The notes under the pieces are model-generated. The model saw nothing but the letters and a program-made list of their open reading frames with translations. It did no database searches and was not told the DNA's origin. A stretch of 64,000 bases of DNA, taken from IMG/VR virus record IMGVR_UViG_3300027278_000424. One strand, 5' to 3'. Shown here one piece after another: positions 34,565 through 45,572 of the stretch (the first letter of the stretch is position 1; the number at the start of each line of letters is the position of its first letter). The DNA is from an uncultured virus (IMG/VR IMGVR_UViG_3300027278_000424). Taxonomy: Duplodnaviria; Heunggongvirae; Uroviricota; Caudoviricetes. The translations under genes and the position numbers were made by a program.

Positions 34565-36013
34565 ATGACTGACAAATTTGGTTATATCCCAAAAGACGAA
34601 AGAAAAAACGTCTTACTTTTATGTGATGATATTCGAATGCATTCCGGTATTGCTACTATGGCAAGAGAGTTTGTAGTTGGAACAGCACAACATTTTAATT
34701 GGTTTCAAGTAGGAGCAGCTTTACAGCATCCAGACGCAGGAAAGGTGTTTGACCTGTCAGAAGACATAAATAACCGTACCGGTATAAAGGATGCTTCTGT
34801 AAAAGTAATGCCTAATAACGGCTATGGAGATGCTACATTGATTAGAAGGTTACTTAAACAAGAAAAACCAGATGCTATCTTTATCTTTACGGATCCAAGA
34901 TACTGGACATGGCTGTTTGAAATCGAAAGAGAGATTAGATCTCAAATTCCAATTATGTGGTTAAACATCTGGGATGACTATCCTGCACCGATGTATAATA
35001 AAAGCTATTACGACTCAGTAGATGTCTTAATGGCAATCTCTAAACAAACTAAAAATATTAACGAATTAGTTTTAGGAGAAGAAGCTAAAAATAAACTCAT
35101 TAAGTATGTACCTCATGGTATTAACAGTAACGACTTCTTTCCTATCACAAAAGATCATAAATTATATCCAGACTTAGTTAAGTTTAAACAAGATACTATT
35201 CCAAATAAGGATGTAGAGTTTGTAGTTTACTTTAACTCAAGAAACATTAACAGAAAGAGACCAGGAGACGTAATTCTATCTTATAAATTCTTCTGTGACA
35301 GAATAGGAAAAGAAGCAGCTAAGAAATGTGCTTTAGTGATGCATACAGCAGCAGTAGATCAAAATGGAACTGATCTAAGAGCTGTAAAAGAAGCATTAAC
35401 AGATCCAGAATATGTTAACATTTATTTCTCTCAGGCTAAGATTAATACAGCCCAGATGAATATGATGTACAACATGGCTGATGTTACTATGTTAATCTCA
35501 TCTAATGAAGGATGGGGATTATCTTTGACAGAATCTATGATGGCAGGTACAATGATAGTTGGTGCTGTTACAGGAGGAATGCAAGATCAAATGAGATTCG
35601 AAGACGGTAATGGTAACTGGGTTGATTTTAGTTCTGACTTTCCTTCCAATCATAGAGGTACAATTAAACAATGCGGAGATTGGGTTGAACCAGTCTTCCC
35701 ATCAAACATCTCATTAACAGGTTCACCTTCTACTCCATATATTTTTGACGACAGAGTTTCATCAGAAGATGTAGCCATAGCTTTAGAGAAAGTATATAAC
35801 TTATCTACAGAAGAGAGAATCAAAAACGGACTGAAAGGTAGAGAATGGGTTACTTCAGACGAATCTCAAATGTCAGCCGATACAATGTGTAAGAACATTA
35901 TAGAGGTTATGGATGAAGGATTCAAAACATTTAAACCTAGACCAAGTTTTGAAATTCATAAAGCTGGTCCAAGACCATTAAAGAAAGTTACACATAAATT
36001 AACAGGTTATTAA
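34565..36013 (+). CDS. GT-B (GT4-like) glycosyltransferase
   Basis: SGIATMA, VPHGI, RNINRK, SSNEGWGLSLTESM. Confidence 0.88.
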   Translation: MTDKFGYIPKDERKNVLLLCDDIRMHSGIATMAREFVVGTAQHFNWFQVGAALQHPDAGKVFDLSEDINNRTGIKDASVKVMPNNGYGDATLIRRLLKQEKPDAIFIFTDPRYWTWLFEIEREIRSQIPIMWLNIWDDYPAPMYNKSYYDSVDVLMAISKQTKNINELVLGEEAKNKLIKYVPHGINSNDFFPITKDHKLYPDLVKFKQDTIPNKDVEFVVYFNSRNINRKRPGDVILSYKFFCDRIGKEAAKKCALVMHTAAVDQNGTDLRAVKEALTDPEYVNIYFSQAKINTAQMNMMYNMADVTMLISSNEGWGLSLTESMMAGTMIVGAVTGGMQDQMRFEDGNGNWVDFSSDFPSNHRGTIKQCGDWVEPVFPSNISLTGSPSTPYIFDDRVSSEDVAIALEKVYNLSTEERIKNGLKGREWVTSDESQMSADTMCKNIIEVMDEGFKTFKPRPSFEIHKAGPRPLKKVTHKLTGY

Positions 36014-36014
36014 G

Positions 36015-37274
36015 ATGAGTAAACCATTAGCAGTAGTAAGCTGCCCTATAGACACATATTCAGGATACGGAGCAAGAGCAAGAGACTTTGTAAAAGCTTT
36101 GATCGATTTAGATAAGTACGACGTAAAGGTTTTATCTCAAAGATGGGGTAACACTAGATTTGGTTATTTAGAAGATCATAATGAAGATGATTTAAGTTCT
36201 AGAATTATACCTAACATGACTGTTAAACCAGACTTATGGGTACAGATTACAGTACCGAATGAGTTTCAAAAAGTAGGTAAGTTTAACCTAGGAGTTACCG
36301 CTGGAATGGAAACTACATTAGTTCATAATACTTGGATTGAAGGATGTAATAGAATGGATCTAAACCTAGTATCATCAGAACATAGTAAAAAGACTTTTTT
36401 AGATACTGTGTATATTAAAGAGGATACTAAAACAAAACAACCTACTGGAGAATTAAGATTAACATCTCCTATGGAGGTTTTATTAGAAGGAGCTGATTTA
36501 ACTAAATACTTTCCGACTACAAGTTCATTAGACTTATCTCCTATAAAAGAATCATTTTGTTTCTTATTTGTAGGTCATTGGTTAAATGGTGACTTTGGTC
36601 AAGATAGAAAAAATGTAGGGTATATGATTAAATCTTTCTTAGAGACATTTAAGAATAAAAAAGATGCACCTGCTTTGATTCTAAAGACTAGTCAAGTTAC
36701 TACTTCTATTACGGATAGAGAAGCAGTATTAGATAAGATAGAACAAATTAGACAATCAGTTAAAGGTACCTTACCAAACATCTATCTCTTCCATGGAGAT
36801 GTAAGTGATTCGGAAATGAATGAACTTTACAATCATCCAAAAGTAAAAGCGATGATTTCGTTTACTAAAGGAGAAGGATTTGGAAGACCGTTATTGGAAT
36901 TCAGCCTTGTTAATAAACCTATCATAGCTTCAGGTTGGTCTGGACATGTAGACTTTTTAGATAAAGAATTTACAAACCTAGTAAGCGGGGAGTTAACACC
37001 AGTACATCCATCAGCAGCATCTAAGGATATGATACTTACCGAAGCTAAATGGTTTAGTGCAGATGAAGCAGCAGTAGGAAGAATTTTAAAAACAGTACAC
37101 AAAGACTACAAAAAGTTCTTATCTTTATCTAAGAGACAAGGACATAAAAGTAGAACAGAGTTTAGTTACGAAAAGATGGTAGAAGTATTAGGTAGAACAT
37201 TAGACCAATACGTTCCAGAATTTACTAAACAGATAGAATTAAATTTACCAAAATTAGATTTACCAAAATTATAG
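36015..37274 (+). CDS. GT-B (GT4-like) glycosyltransferase
   Basis: SGYGARAR, DRKNV, KGEGFGRPLLE. Confidence 0.85.
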   Translation: MSKPLAVVSCPIDTYSGYGARARDFVKALIDLDKYDVKVLSQRWGNTRFGYLEDHNEDDLSSRIIPNMTVKPDLWVQITVPNEFQKVGKFNLGVTAGMETTLVHNTWIEGCNRMDLNLVSSEHSKKTFLDTVYIKEDTKTKQPTGELRLTSPMEVLLEGADLTKYFPTTSSLDLSPIKESFCFLFVGHWLNGDFGQDRKNVGYMIKSFLETFKNKKDAPALILKTSQVTTSITDREAVLDKIEQIRQSVKGTLPNIYLFHGDVSDSEMNELYNHPKVKAMISFTKGEGFGRPLLEFSLVNKPIIASGWSGHVDFLDKEFTNLVSGELTPVHPSAASKDMILTEAKWFSADEAAVGRILKTVHKDYKKFLSLSKRQGHKSRTEFSYEKMVEVLGRTLDQYVPEFTKQIELNLPKLDLPKL

Positions 37275-37276
37275 TT

Positions 37277-37729
37277 ATGAAAGATCAATTAGTAGACTGT
37301 AAACGATGCGGAGGAAACGCATGTTACGAACAGCACATAGACGAATCAACAACTACCTGGTTATGTATGGGGTGCGGGTTTACAACCTCAACTCTAATGA
37401 ATGAAGGAGGAAAAGTAGTAGGGGACTTAATAGAAACTTCTCCAACTCTTTACAAAGATCTACTCTTCACAGACGATACTAAAAAAGTATGGGCTCCAGC
37501 AACAATGACATTACCAGAAAAAGGAATGGTATTCTTAGATGGTACATCAGAAAAGGAATGGAAATGGGCTGCAGTAAAAGCTATTAAGATTACAGAGGAG
37601 GAAAGAAAAGTAAAAAACTTCCCTAACGATCAGACATATAAAATGGATATGGCTGGCATTAAACATTACGGTCAAAGAGAGTTTATGGATGCTTTAGAGT
37701 TAATTGGTTTCTACGAAATAGGAGAGTAA
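37277..37729 (+). CDS. Hypothetical protein with N-terminal Zn-ribbon
   Basis: CKRCG...CMGCG. Confidence 0.7.
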   Translation: MKDQLVDCKRCGGNACYEQHIDESTTTWLCMGCGFTTSTLMNEGGKVVGDLIETSPTLYKDLLFTDDTKKVWAPATMTLPEKGMVFLDGTSEKEWKWAAVKAIKITEEERKVKNFPNDQTYKMDMAGIKHYGQREFMDALELIGFYEIGE

Positions 37730-38353
37730 ATGAAAATTAGTTACGCAATAACAGTATGTAATGAGTTTGTAGAAATACAAAAGCTTGTTAACTTTCTTAG
37801 AGAGAATAAAAGAACTCAAGATGAGATTGTTATACTCTTTGATCAGAAGAACGGTGACCAAGAAGTAGCCAACTGGTTAACTAAACAAAGTAAATACCCA
37901 AATGTTCAGTTCTGGAGAGGATTCTTTGATGGCCATTTCGCTGATTGGAAAAATAAATTGACAGAATACTGTGAAGGAGATTATATCTTTCAGATTGATG
38001 CCGATGAATTGCCTAATAAAATTCTCATTGATAACCTACCTAATATACTAGAGGCTAACCCTACAGTTGATATGTTAAGAGTTTCTAGAATTAATACTGT
38101 TGAAGGATTAACAGAAGAGCATATTAAGAAATGGGGATGGACGGTAAATGAAAAAGGTTGGGTTAACTGGGCAGACTGGCAAATGAGAATCTATAGAAGA
38201 CATCCTGATATTAAGTGGAAAAATAAAGTTCATGAAGTATTGGATGGATTTAAAATACACGGGATGTTACCAATGGAGGAAGAGTATGCTCTATACCATC
38301 CAAAAGATATAGAAAGACAAGAAAAACAAAACGCATACTACGATACATTATGA
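37730..38353 (+). CDS. GT2 glycosyltransferase
   Basis: ISYAITVCNE, IFQIDADE, W...VHE. Confidence 0.85.
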   Translation: MKISYAITVCNEFVEIQKLVNFLRENKRTQDEIVILFDQKNGDQEVANWLTKQSKYPNVQFWRGFFDGHFADWKNKLTEYCEGDYIFQIDADELPNKILIDNLPNILEANPTVDMLRVSRINTVEGLTEEHIKKWGWTVNEKGWVNWADWQMRIYRRHPDIKWKNKVHEVLDGFKIHGMLPMEEEYALYHPKDIERQEKQNAYYDTL

Positions 38354-38664
38354 AACCAAAAAGTAATATATACGTAGATATAGATGAAACTATCTGTGAT
38401 TATGAGTACAGAGAAGATAAGTTTAACTACAACTTAGCAAGACCTATACAAATTAATATAGATAAAATTAATAGACTCTATATTCAGGGACATTTAATTA
38501 CATACTGGACTGCTAGAGGTTCAAGAACTGGGGAAGACTGGTACGAAGTTACTAAAAATCAATTAGAGGAATGGGGATGTAAGTACCACTTCTTAAGTGT
38601 AGGAGAAAAACCTGCATATGATTTACTGATATGTGATAAATCTAGAAGGATAGAGGAGATATGA
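38350..38664 (+). CDS. Minimal HAD-family phosphatase
   Basis: VDIDETIC, WTARG, KP.YDLLICDK. Confidence 0.8.
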   Translation: MKPKSNIYVDIDETICDYEYREDKFNYNLARPIQINIDKINRLYIQGHLITYWTARGSRTGEDWYEVTKNQLEEWGCKYHFLSVGEKPAYDLLICDKSRRIEEI

Positions 38665-39512
38665 AAAAAACCTATATAATAGCTGAAATCGGAATTAACC
38701 ATCAGGGTGATATTAATATTGCAAAACGGTTAATAGATATTGCAGCAGCAGCTGGATGTGATGCAGTAAAGTTTCAAAAACGTAACCCCGATATAGCAGT
38801 CCCTGCAGCACAAAAAAATAAACCTCGTAGATGGCAAGGTCAAGATATGACCTATCTTGAATATAAGTATAAGGTTGAATTCGGTAAAGAAGAATACGAC
38901 GAAATCGATCGATACTGTAAGCAGCAAAACATTACTTGGTCAGCTTCACCATGGGATTATGATTCGGTTGAATTTTTAAAACAGTATGATTTACCGTTTA
39001 TAAAAGTACCTTCTGCTATGTTAACAAATCATAAACTGCTTACTTCATGTATGAAGAGTAGTATGAGAGTAATACTTTCAACAGGAATGTCCACTGAAGA
39101 AGAAATAGATGAAGCAGTTAATGTATTAAGAAAAGCTAAACATTTTTTTAGAAACCCTCATCCAATAGGATTACTACATTGTAATTCTTCCTACCCTGCT
39201 CCTGTAGAAGAACTTAACTTATCCGCTATAAAGACCTTAACCGAAAAATACCCTGATTGTGAAATAGGATACTCAGGACATGAGATATTACTAGGTACGA
39301 CAGTAGCGTCAGTACTACTAGGAGCGTCAATTGTAGAGAGACATGTTACACTAGATAGGAATATGGAGGGATCGGATCATGCATGCTCTGTTACTCCACA
39401 TGGTCTTTTTAAACTAGTTTCAGGAATAAGAGATTTAGAAAAAGCATATGGGGATGGACAAATCAAAGTAACTGAAACTGAAAAAGCTGTTAAAGAAAAA
39501 CTTAGAGGATGA
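38661..39512 (+). CDS. neuB: N-acetylneuraminate/nonulosonate synthase
   Basis: IAEIGINHQG, DAVKFQ, LSTGM, LHCNSSYP, GYSGHE, ERHVTLDR...SDH. Confidence 0.9.
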   Translation: MKKTYIIAEIGINHQGDINIAKRLIDIAAAAGCDAVKFQKRNPDIAVPAAQKNKPRRWQGQDMTYLEYKYKVEFGKEEYDEIDRYCKQQNITWSASPWDYDSVEFLKQYDLPFIKVPSAMLTNHKLLTSCMKSSMRVILSTGMSTEEEIDEAVNVLRKAKHFFRNPHPIGLLHCNSSYPAPVEELNLSAIKTLTEKYPDCEIGYSGHEILLGTTVASVLLGASIVERHVTLDRNMEGSDHACSVTPHGLFKLVSGIRDLEKAYGDGQIKVTETEKAVKEKLRG

Positions 39513-40192
39513 AAAACTTAAATGAAATAGCATTTGTAGTTCAGGCAAGACTTAATAGTAAAAGGGTACCTCAAAAGATGATTCGTCCATTTGCTGGTGA
39601 TACGTTATTTGGTATAGTATTAGACAAGCTATTGGACTGCAAAAATATACCTAACGAAAATATATTTGCTTCTATATACGAAGACGAGCTTATAGAGATT
39701 GTAGATAATAAACCAATCAGTTATTTTGTTAGAAGTAAAGAATCAGCCGAAGAAGAGGACAATTTACAATTAATATACGAATGGCATGATAAGCTTCCAG
39801 CTAAGTACAAGTACGTAGTTCTAATTTCTGGTTGTAATCCATTACTTCAAATAAATACGATTGATAGGTTTATAGAAAAGTTCGTAAACCAACAGGAAGA
39901 AAATCTATTTGCAGTCATAGAAAAAAGACAGTACTTCTGGAATAAACAAGGTAAGATGATTAATGATTGGCCGGTAGGTGAAACAATAATGAATACGAAA
40001 GTCATTGAACCTACATATGAAGCAGCACATTGTCTCTACGCTTCTAGATTAGATACTATAAAAAATAATAAATTTATGGTAGATTTTTCAAAAGAAAACC
40101 TTACCTTATATACTATACCAGAACTAGAGTCATTTGATATCGATTACGAATGGCAATTTAAAACAGCTGAACTGTTGTATGAAAAAATTTAA
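39509..40192 (+). CDS. neuA: CMP-nonulosonic acid synthetase (cytidylyltransferase)
   Basis: QARLNSKRVPQK, CNPL, FDIDYEWQF. Confidence 0.82.
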   Translation: MKNLNEIAFVVQARLNSKRVPQKMIRPFAGDTLFGIVLDKLLDCKNIPNENIFASIYEDELIEIVDNKPISYFVRSKESAEEEDNLQLIYEWHDKLPAKYKYVVLISGCNPLLQINTIDRFIEKFVNQQEENLFAVIEKRQYFWNKQGKMINDWPVGETIMNTKVIEPTYEAAHCLYASRLDTIKNNKFMVDFSKENLTLYTIPELESFDIDYEWQFKTAELLYEKI

Positions 40193-41006
40193 AGTAGGAG
40201 TATTAGGAAACGGATTCGTAGGAGAGAGTCAAGCATTTGCTTTCTCACCAACTACCGATTTAAGAATTTATGATGTAGATCCATTAAAAGCTACTCATAC
40301 AAAAGAACAAGTAGACGAATGTGATTTTATATTTGTTTGTGTTCCAACACCAATGTATAAAGATGGTTCACAAGATCTATCTTATATTGAAAAAGTATTT
40401 GAAGAGGCAGTAGAAGGGCCAATCTATATTATCAAATCTACAGTGCTACCCGGTACCACAAAAGAACTCTCTGAGAAATATAATAAGATTAATATAGTAT
40501 TTAGTCCTGAGTTTTTAACTGAGAGAACCGCTAAGTTAGATATGTTAACACAAGCAAGAATTATCTTTGGAGGACCAAGACAGCATACTAGAAAAGTAAG
40601 AGATTTGTTTGAGCAAAGATTCATGAATAGAAATATAATTGAAACAGACTCTACAACTGCTGAGTTAATCAAATATATGAACAATACTTTCTTTGCAACC
40701 AAAGTATCTATCATGAATGAATTCAAAAGACTTTCAGATGCAATAGGAACTGATTGGGAGACAGCTTTATATGGATTTGCTTCTGACGGAAGGATAGGAG
40801 ATAGCCACTTACATGTCCCTGGACCAGACGGTAGAATGGGATACGGAGGAACTTGTTTTCCTAAAGATGTTAACGCTATTATAAAATACGGAGAAAAATA
40901 TGGAACTCCTATGAATACTATAGCTGCAGGTTGGAAGACCAACCTAGAGGTTAGACCAGAAAAAGATTGGGAAAAAGATAAAGGTAGAGCAGTAAGCGAT
41001 GATTAA
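40180..41006 (+). CDS. UDP-glucose/GDP-mannose dehydrogenase, short form without the C-terminal domain
   Basis: GNGFVG, CVPTP, KSTV.PG, SPEFL, GYGGTCFPKD; likely start MKKFKV. Confidence 0.85.
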
Positions 41007-41685
41007 AAATAGTTTTAGGGAAGATATAGAGTTCATTTTTACTAAACTAAAAAATAAAGAGAAGTTTAGTTTTAGTAAATACGCTGATGGAGAGTTCGCA
41101 ATACTAGCTAACCAACGTATAACCAATATCGATAATTGGACTTTTGATCCAACAAAACATTCTGAGATTAGGAATGAATTAATAAGATCGTTCCAATTTA
41201 AAGATCCTGAATACTACGTAGGAGTTAGCTGTAAGTGCTGCCAACCTGAACAAATAGTAAACTGGATGAGACAAGAATCAAAACAAGATGTTCTTACTTG
41301 GGCTAACATATTTGTTAATAGTAACTACCCTTACTTCCAAGAGAATTTTATTCCGGAATTTAGTAACCATAAAGTAGTTTTATTTGCAAGAGAAGATGCT
41401 CGTACAAATGAATTACCATTTGAAGTAGAACATATACCTATAACTTCGGAAGCTTTTATAGATAATTTTGATATGGTAGAAAATTTTCCTATAGAAGAAT
41501 ATAAAGACAAGTTATTTTTATTCTGTGCTGGACCATTAGGTAACATGTTAGCAGCTAAATTTTGGGAAAAGAATAAAGAGAATACATATCTTGATATAGG
41601 TTCAACATTAAACGGATACTTAACTGAAACTAATAGAGGGTACCTTAAAGGAGGTAACACAGCACTAAAAACTTGTATATGGTAA
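40999..41685 (+). CDS. GT-D-fold-like protein
   Basis: FSFSKYADGE, CAGP, YLDIGS. Confidence 0.55.
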   Translation: MIKNSFREDIEFIFTKLKNKEKFSFSKYADGEFAILANQRITNIDNWTFDPTKHSEIRNELIRSFQFKDPEYYVGVSCKCCQPEQIVNWMRQESKQDVLTWANIFVNSNYPYFQENFIPEFSNHKVVLFAREDARTNELPFEVEHIPITSEAFIDNFDMVENFPIEEYKDKLFLFCAGPLGNMLAAKFWEKNKENTYLDIGSTLNGYLTETNRGYLKGGNTALKTCIW

Positions 41686-42659
41686 ATAAAGTCTTAATTT
41701 GTTTTGGAACAAGACCTGAATGGTTGAAAGTAAAACCTTTAGTTGAGACTTTAGATAACTGTCAACTACTCTTTACCGGTCAACATAAAGACTTACTTGC
41801 TGATATAAAAGTAGACTATAGAATAGAAATAGGAGATCAAACAAATAGACTTGATCAAATCATAAGTGACTGCTTACTTCAATTCCCAGAAGGAGACTTC
41901 GATACAGTCTTAGTTCACGGCGATACAGTTTCAGCTCTTGCTTGTGCTCTAGCAGCATTTAGTAGAAAGAAAAAAATCATTCACCTTGAAGCAGGTTTAA
42001 GATCTCATGATTTGACTCAACCTTACCCGGAAGAAGGGTACAGACAAATGATATCTAGAATAGCAGATATAAACTTTGCTCCAACTGAACTGTCAGCTGA
42101 GAATTTAAAACAAGAAAGAGTTTTAGGAACAACACACATTGTAGGTAATTCAGTTTTAGATAACTTACTGCCATTAAAAGATGAAGCAGTATATGGAGAC
42201 AAAGTTCTAGTCACCTTACATAGATGGGAGAATCATATTTGGATGGATAAATGGTTTAAAGAAGTAAACCAACTAGCGATTGATAACCCTACCTTAGAGT
42301 TTATCATTCCTCTACACCATCATCCCGAAGTACAAAAACATAGAGAATTACTAACACATGTTAATGTAGTTCCGTCTTTACCTCATACTGAACTTTTAGA
42401 TATAATGTTACAATCTAAACTCATCATATCAGATAGCGGAGGACTTCAGGAAGAAGGAACATTCTTTAATAAGAAAGTAATTGTATGTAGAGATGTAACT
42501 GAAAGACCAGAAGGTATAGAAACAGGACATTTACATTTATGTCATTACCCAGAACAGATATCTGATATCTTTTATAAGATTTTAAATAATTACGAAATAG
42601 ATACAAAATGTCCATACGGTGAAGGTAATACAGCCAAACTAGTTAAAGATTTACTATGA
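41673..42659 (+). CDS. wecB: UDP-N-acetylglucosamine 2-epimerase
   Basis: GTRPE, TGQH, HGDT, HLEAGLR, TLHR, DSGGLQEE, TERPEG. Confidence 0.9.
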   Translation: MYMVNKVLICFGTRPEWLKVKPLVETLDNCQLLFTGQHKDLLADIKVDYRIEIGDQTNRLDQIISDCLLQFPEGDFDTVLVHGDTVSALACALAAFSRKKKIIHLEAGLRSHDLTQPYPEEGYRQMISRIADINFAPTELSAENLKQERVLGTTHIVGNSVLDNLLPLKDEAVYGDKVLVTLHRWENHIWMDKWFKEVNQLAIDNPTLEFIIPLHHHPEVQKHRELLTHVNVVPSLPHTELLDIMLQSKLIISDSGGLQEEGTFFNKKVIVCRDVTERPEGIETGHLHLCHYPEQISDIFYKILNNYEIDTKCPYGEGNTAKLVKDLL

Positions 42660-43372
42660 TAACAGTTGTACTAAATAGCTACAAAAGAGCACAATACCTA
42701 CCTGAACAGATAAAAGCCATTAGGGAACAATCTATTCCTGTAGACGAAATAATGGTATGGTCAAACAAACCAGAAGAAGGGTTACAGTACAATATAGATA
42801 ATTTAGGAGTTAAGGTAGCTTATGCAAATCATAATTTCAAGTTTCATGGTAGATTTGCTTTTGGTTTATTAGCTAGAAGCGAGTATGTAGCTTTTTTTGA
42901 TGACGATACAATACCTGGACCTAAATGGTTTGAATCTTGTTTAAAATACTCAGAGGAAAATATTATACTAGGTTCAACAGGAGTTAAGTATTTAGGAGAT
43001 GCTTATGACCCGCATGAAAAGTATGGCTGGAATGGAATAAAAAGTAATAAACTAGAAGATGTTGACTTAGTTGGACATTCATGGTTTATGAAAAGATCTA
43101 CTTTAAAGTACTTATGGGAAGAAGATCCCATCTCTTGGGAGAACGGAGAAGATATTCAACTGTCTGGTTTTGCTTATAAATACGGAAACATAAGAACAGC
43201 AGTACCCCCTCACACTCTAGATAATAGAGAGGAATGGGGAAGTATAAAAGGAGACGTATACGGAAATGATGAAAATGCTTCTCATTGGAAAGGTAATCAT
43301 TCACCGTTACGTAATCAGATTTCTAAAACATTAATGGAACAAGGATACAAAAAAGTAATAGATAGAATATGA
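42656..43372 (+). CDS. GT2-like glycosyltransferase
   Basis: ITVVLNSYKR, FFDDD, GEDI. Confidence 0.8.
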   Translation: MITVVLNSYKRAQYLPEQIKAIREQSIPVDEIMVWSNKPEEGLQYNIDNLGVKVAYANHNFKFHGRFAFGLLARSEYVAFFDDDTIPGPKWFESCLKYSEENIILGSTGVKYLGDAYDPHEKYGWNGIKSNKLEDVDLVGHSWFMKRSTLKYLWEEDPISWENGEDIQLSGFAYKYGNIRTAVPPHTLDNREEWGSIKGDVYGNDENASHWKGNHSPLRNQISKTLMEQGYKKVIDRI

Positions 43373-44217
43373 AAGTACTAGTAACAGGCGGAGCTGGTTT
43401 TATCGGAACAAATATTGTTAATAAACTTCTTAAAGAGGGGCATGAAGTTATGTCTTTAGATAATTACGATAGTGGCCTTAAAGAGAATGAACTACCTGGA
43501 TGTATATACAAAGAAGGAGAGTTAGAGTTCTTAAAGTACTTTAATGGAAACGGATTTGATATAGTTTACCATCTAGCAGCTTTATCTAGAATACAGCCTT
43601 CATTTGAAAATCCATTAGAAACTTTCAGAGTAAATACCGAAGGAAGTTTAATTGTAGCTGATTGGGCTAAAAAGTACAACGTAAAGGTTGTTTATGCCGG
43701 TTCATCTTCAAGATGGCATGATCCATTACAATCACCTTACGCAGCTTTTAAACATATGGGAGAAGAAATCTTTAAAATGTATAGAAAGGTATACGGGTTA
43801 AATGTAGAAATAGCTAGATTCTATAATGTATATGGACCGAAAGAAATAGTAGATGGAGATTGGGCAGCAGTTATAGGAATATGGAGACGTCAAGTTAGAG
43901 ATGGAGAACGTATTACAATAGTAGGTGATGGAGAACAGAGAAGAGACTTTACTCATGTTCACGACATAGTAGACGCTTTATATAAAATTGGTATTGGAAA
44001 AGAATCACACGAAGATGCTTGGGAATTAGGAACAGGAGTCAACTACTCTATCAACGAAGTATTTGATATGTTTAAAAGTAGGTTTAATGTTGAAGCAGTA
44101 TACTTACCAGACCAGAAAGGAAACTATAGAAAGACTTTAAGAGAGAATGATGATAGTTTATTACGTTTAGGTTGGAAACCTGAAGATCAATTACTATCTT
44201 ATATAAACAGCTTATGA
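43369..44217 (+). CDS. NAD-dependent sugar epimerase/dehydratase
   Basis: TGGAGFIG, HLAA, YAAFK, RFYNVYGP, RDFTHV.D. Confidence 0.92.
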   Translation: MKVLVTGGAGFIGTNIVNKLLKEGHEVMSLDNYDSGLKENELPGCIYKEGELEFLKYFNGNGFDIVYHLAALSRIQPSFENPLETFRVNTEGSLIVADWAKKYNVKVVYAGSSSRWHDPLQSPYAAFKHMGEEIFKMYRKVYGLNVEIARFYNVYGPKEIVDGDWAAVIGIWRRQVRDGERITIVGDGEQRRDFTHVHDIVDALYKIGIGKESHEDAWELGTGVNYSINEVFDMFKSRFNVEAVYLPDQKGNYRKTLRENDDSLLRLGWKPEDQLLSYINSL

Positions 44218-44963
44218 AATTAGTAGTATATACAGCCCTATTTGCAGACGAATCTCTACCTTTAGAAGATGTAGGAAGGTTTTTTCCATTCACTCATGAC
44301 AAAGGAGGTGTAGAGTACATAGCGTTTACAAATAGAGAAGACCTAAAATCAGACTTTTGGGATGTAAGAGGTATAGAAAAAGAAGGGGATAAGTCATTTA
44401 GAATGATGTCTAGGTTCTTAAAATGGAACCCAACAAAAGCTAATCTTCCGGAACATACTCATTCATTATGGATGGACTCACAATGTTATTTCCAATACGA
44501 ACCTACAGCTATTGTTGATGGATACTTGAAAGACAAATACCATACAGCTATGCATCATCATACAGACCTACAAAGTATCTATGTAGAAGGAATGGTAACA
44601 TCGTATGTTTACTTTAATGACAAACCTTCTATTGTTAATAGACAATTAGAAAGATACTTCGAAGAAGGGCATCCTTATCAATATGATCATTACGAAACTG
44701 GAATACTTATTAGAAAGAACTGTAAGGAAGCTAATGAACTTGGAGAGACTGTTTATAATGAACTCTCCAACGGAAGTATTAGAGATCAACTATGTACACC
44801 ATATGTAGTTAAAAAGAGGAGAGACAAAGGAGATGAAGGTATACTAACAATACAAGAATCTTTCACAGGACATAGAGGACAGCTACCTCTACCTAAATCA
44901 AAAATATTTTTTACAGAACCAAAACCAAGCGAAAAGCTTAAAGAAGATTTAACAAAGAGATGA
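44214..44963 (+). CDS. DUF616-like glycosyltransferase
   Basis: VVYTAL, SLWMD, ETGILIR, RDQL. Confidence 0.7.
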   Translation: MKLVVYTALFADESLPLEDVGRFFPFTHDKGGVEYIAFTNREDLKSDFWDVRGIEKEGDKSFRMMSRFLKWNPTKANLPEHTHSLWMDSQCYFQYEPTAIVDGYLKDKYHTAMHHHTDLQSIYVEGMVTSYVYFNDKPSIVNRQLERYFEEGHPYQYDHYETGILIRKNCKEANELGETVYNELSNGSIRDQLCTPYVVKKRRDKGDEGILTIQESFTGHRGQLPLPKSKIFFTEPKPSEKLKEDLTKR

Positions 44964-45133
44964 AAAAGTACATTGTAGAGTTTACGTATCTAGACGGAAC
45001 AAAAGAAGAAGTAGAGTTTTTAACCGATAGAATTGATTGGACTATAAACCAATACTGCCGTAATAGAATGATAGCTAATTCACAAGTTTTAACAGAAGGA
45101 TCATCAAATAGTAAAAAAATGTTATTAGGTTAA
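44960..45133 (+). CDS. Small hypothetical protein, 57 aa (not in ORF track)
   Basis: ATGA-coupled; MKKYIVEFTYLDG...KKMLLG. Confidence 0.55.
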   Translation: MKKYIVEFTYLDGTKEEVEFLTDRIDWTINQYCRNRMIANSQVLTEGSSNSKKMLLG

Positions 45134-45176
45134 CTATTTATTTGTATACCCGAAAAAGATTTCTTATATTTAAGAT

Positions 45177-45554
45177 ATGAAACAATTAGAAAAATTAGTA
45201 AAAGAAGTTATAACTGAAGCAGCTAAAATTAACTTTGCTGGACATTCATTTATGCTTAAGGTTGACACTAATGAGGATCCTCAGAAGAAAGGTGTAAAGG
45301 TTCAATTTATTCCAACACAGTTTGGACAAATGACTCCAACCGAACAAAATGATATTGCAATCGAATTGGAAACTAGACTTGAAAAAGGATTAGGTCAGTT
45401 TGATATGAGAGTAGAAAGAGACAGAAACTTAAAGGATAAAACTATTATAGGTTTCTTTATCTATATTGAATATTTCGATAGAATTATTCGTAAGGCTCTA
45501 GCAGGAGAGAATCCTGATCAAGGAGACGCTGGTGCAGAACCAGAACAAGTGTAA
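45177..45554 (+). CDS. Hypothetical protein
   Basis: ORF directly after a promoter at 45141-45172. Confidence 0.7.
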   Translation: MKQLEKLVKEVITEAAKINFAGHSFMLKVDTNEDPQKKGVKVQFIPTQFGQMTPTEQNDIAIELETRLEKGLGQFDMRVERDRNLKDKTIIGFFIYIEYFDRIIRKALAGENPDQGDAGAEPEQV

Positions 45555-45572
45555 CTTAAAACCAGTTTACAG

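Noticed and set aside
40180..41006. UDP-glucose dehydrogenase as a truncated pseudogene
   Set aside because: Catalytic motifs are intact, there is no frameshifted remainder, and the stop overlaps the next gene's start.
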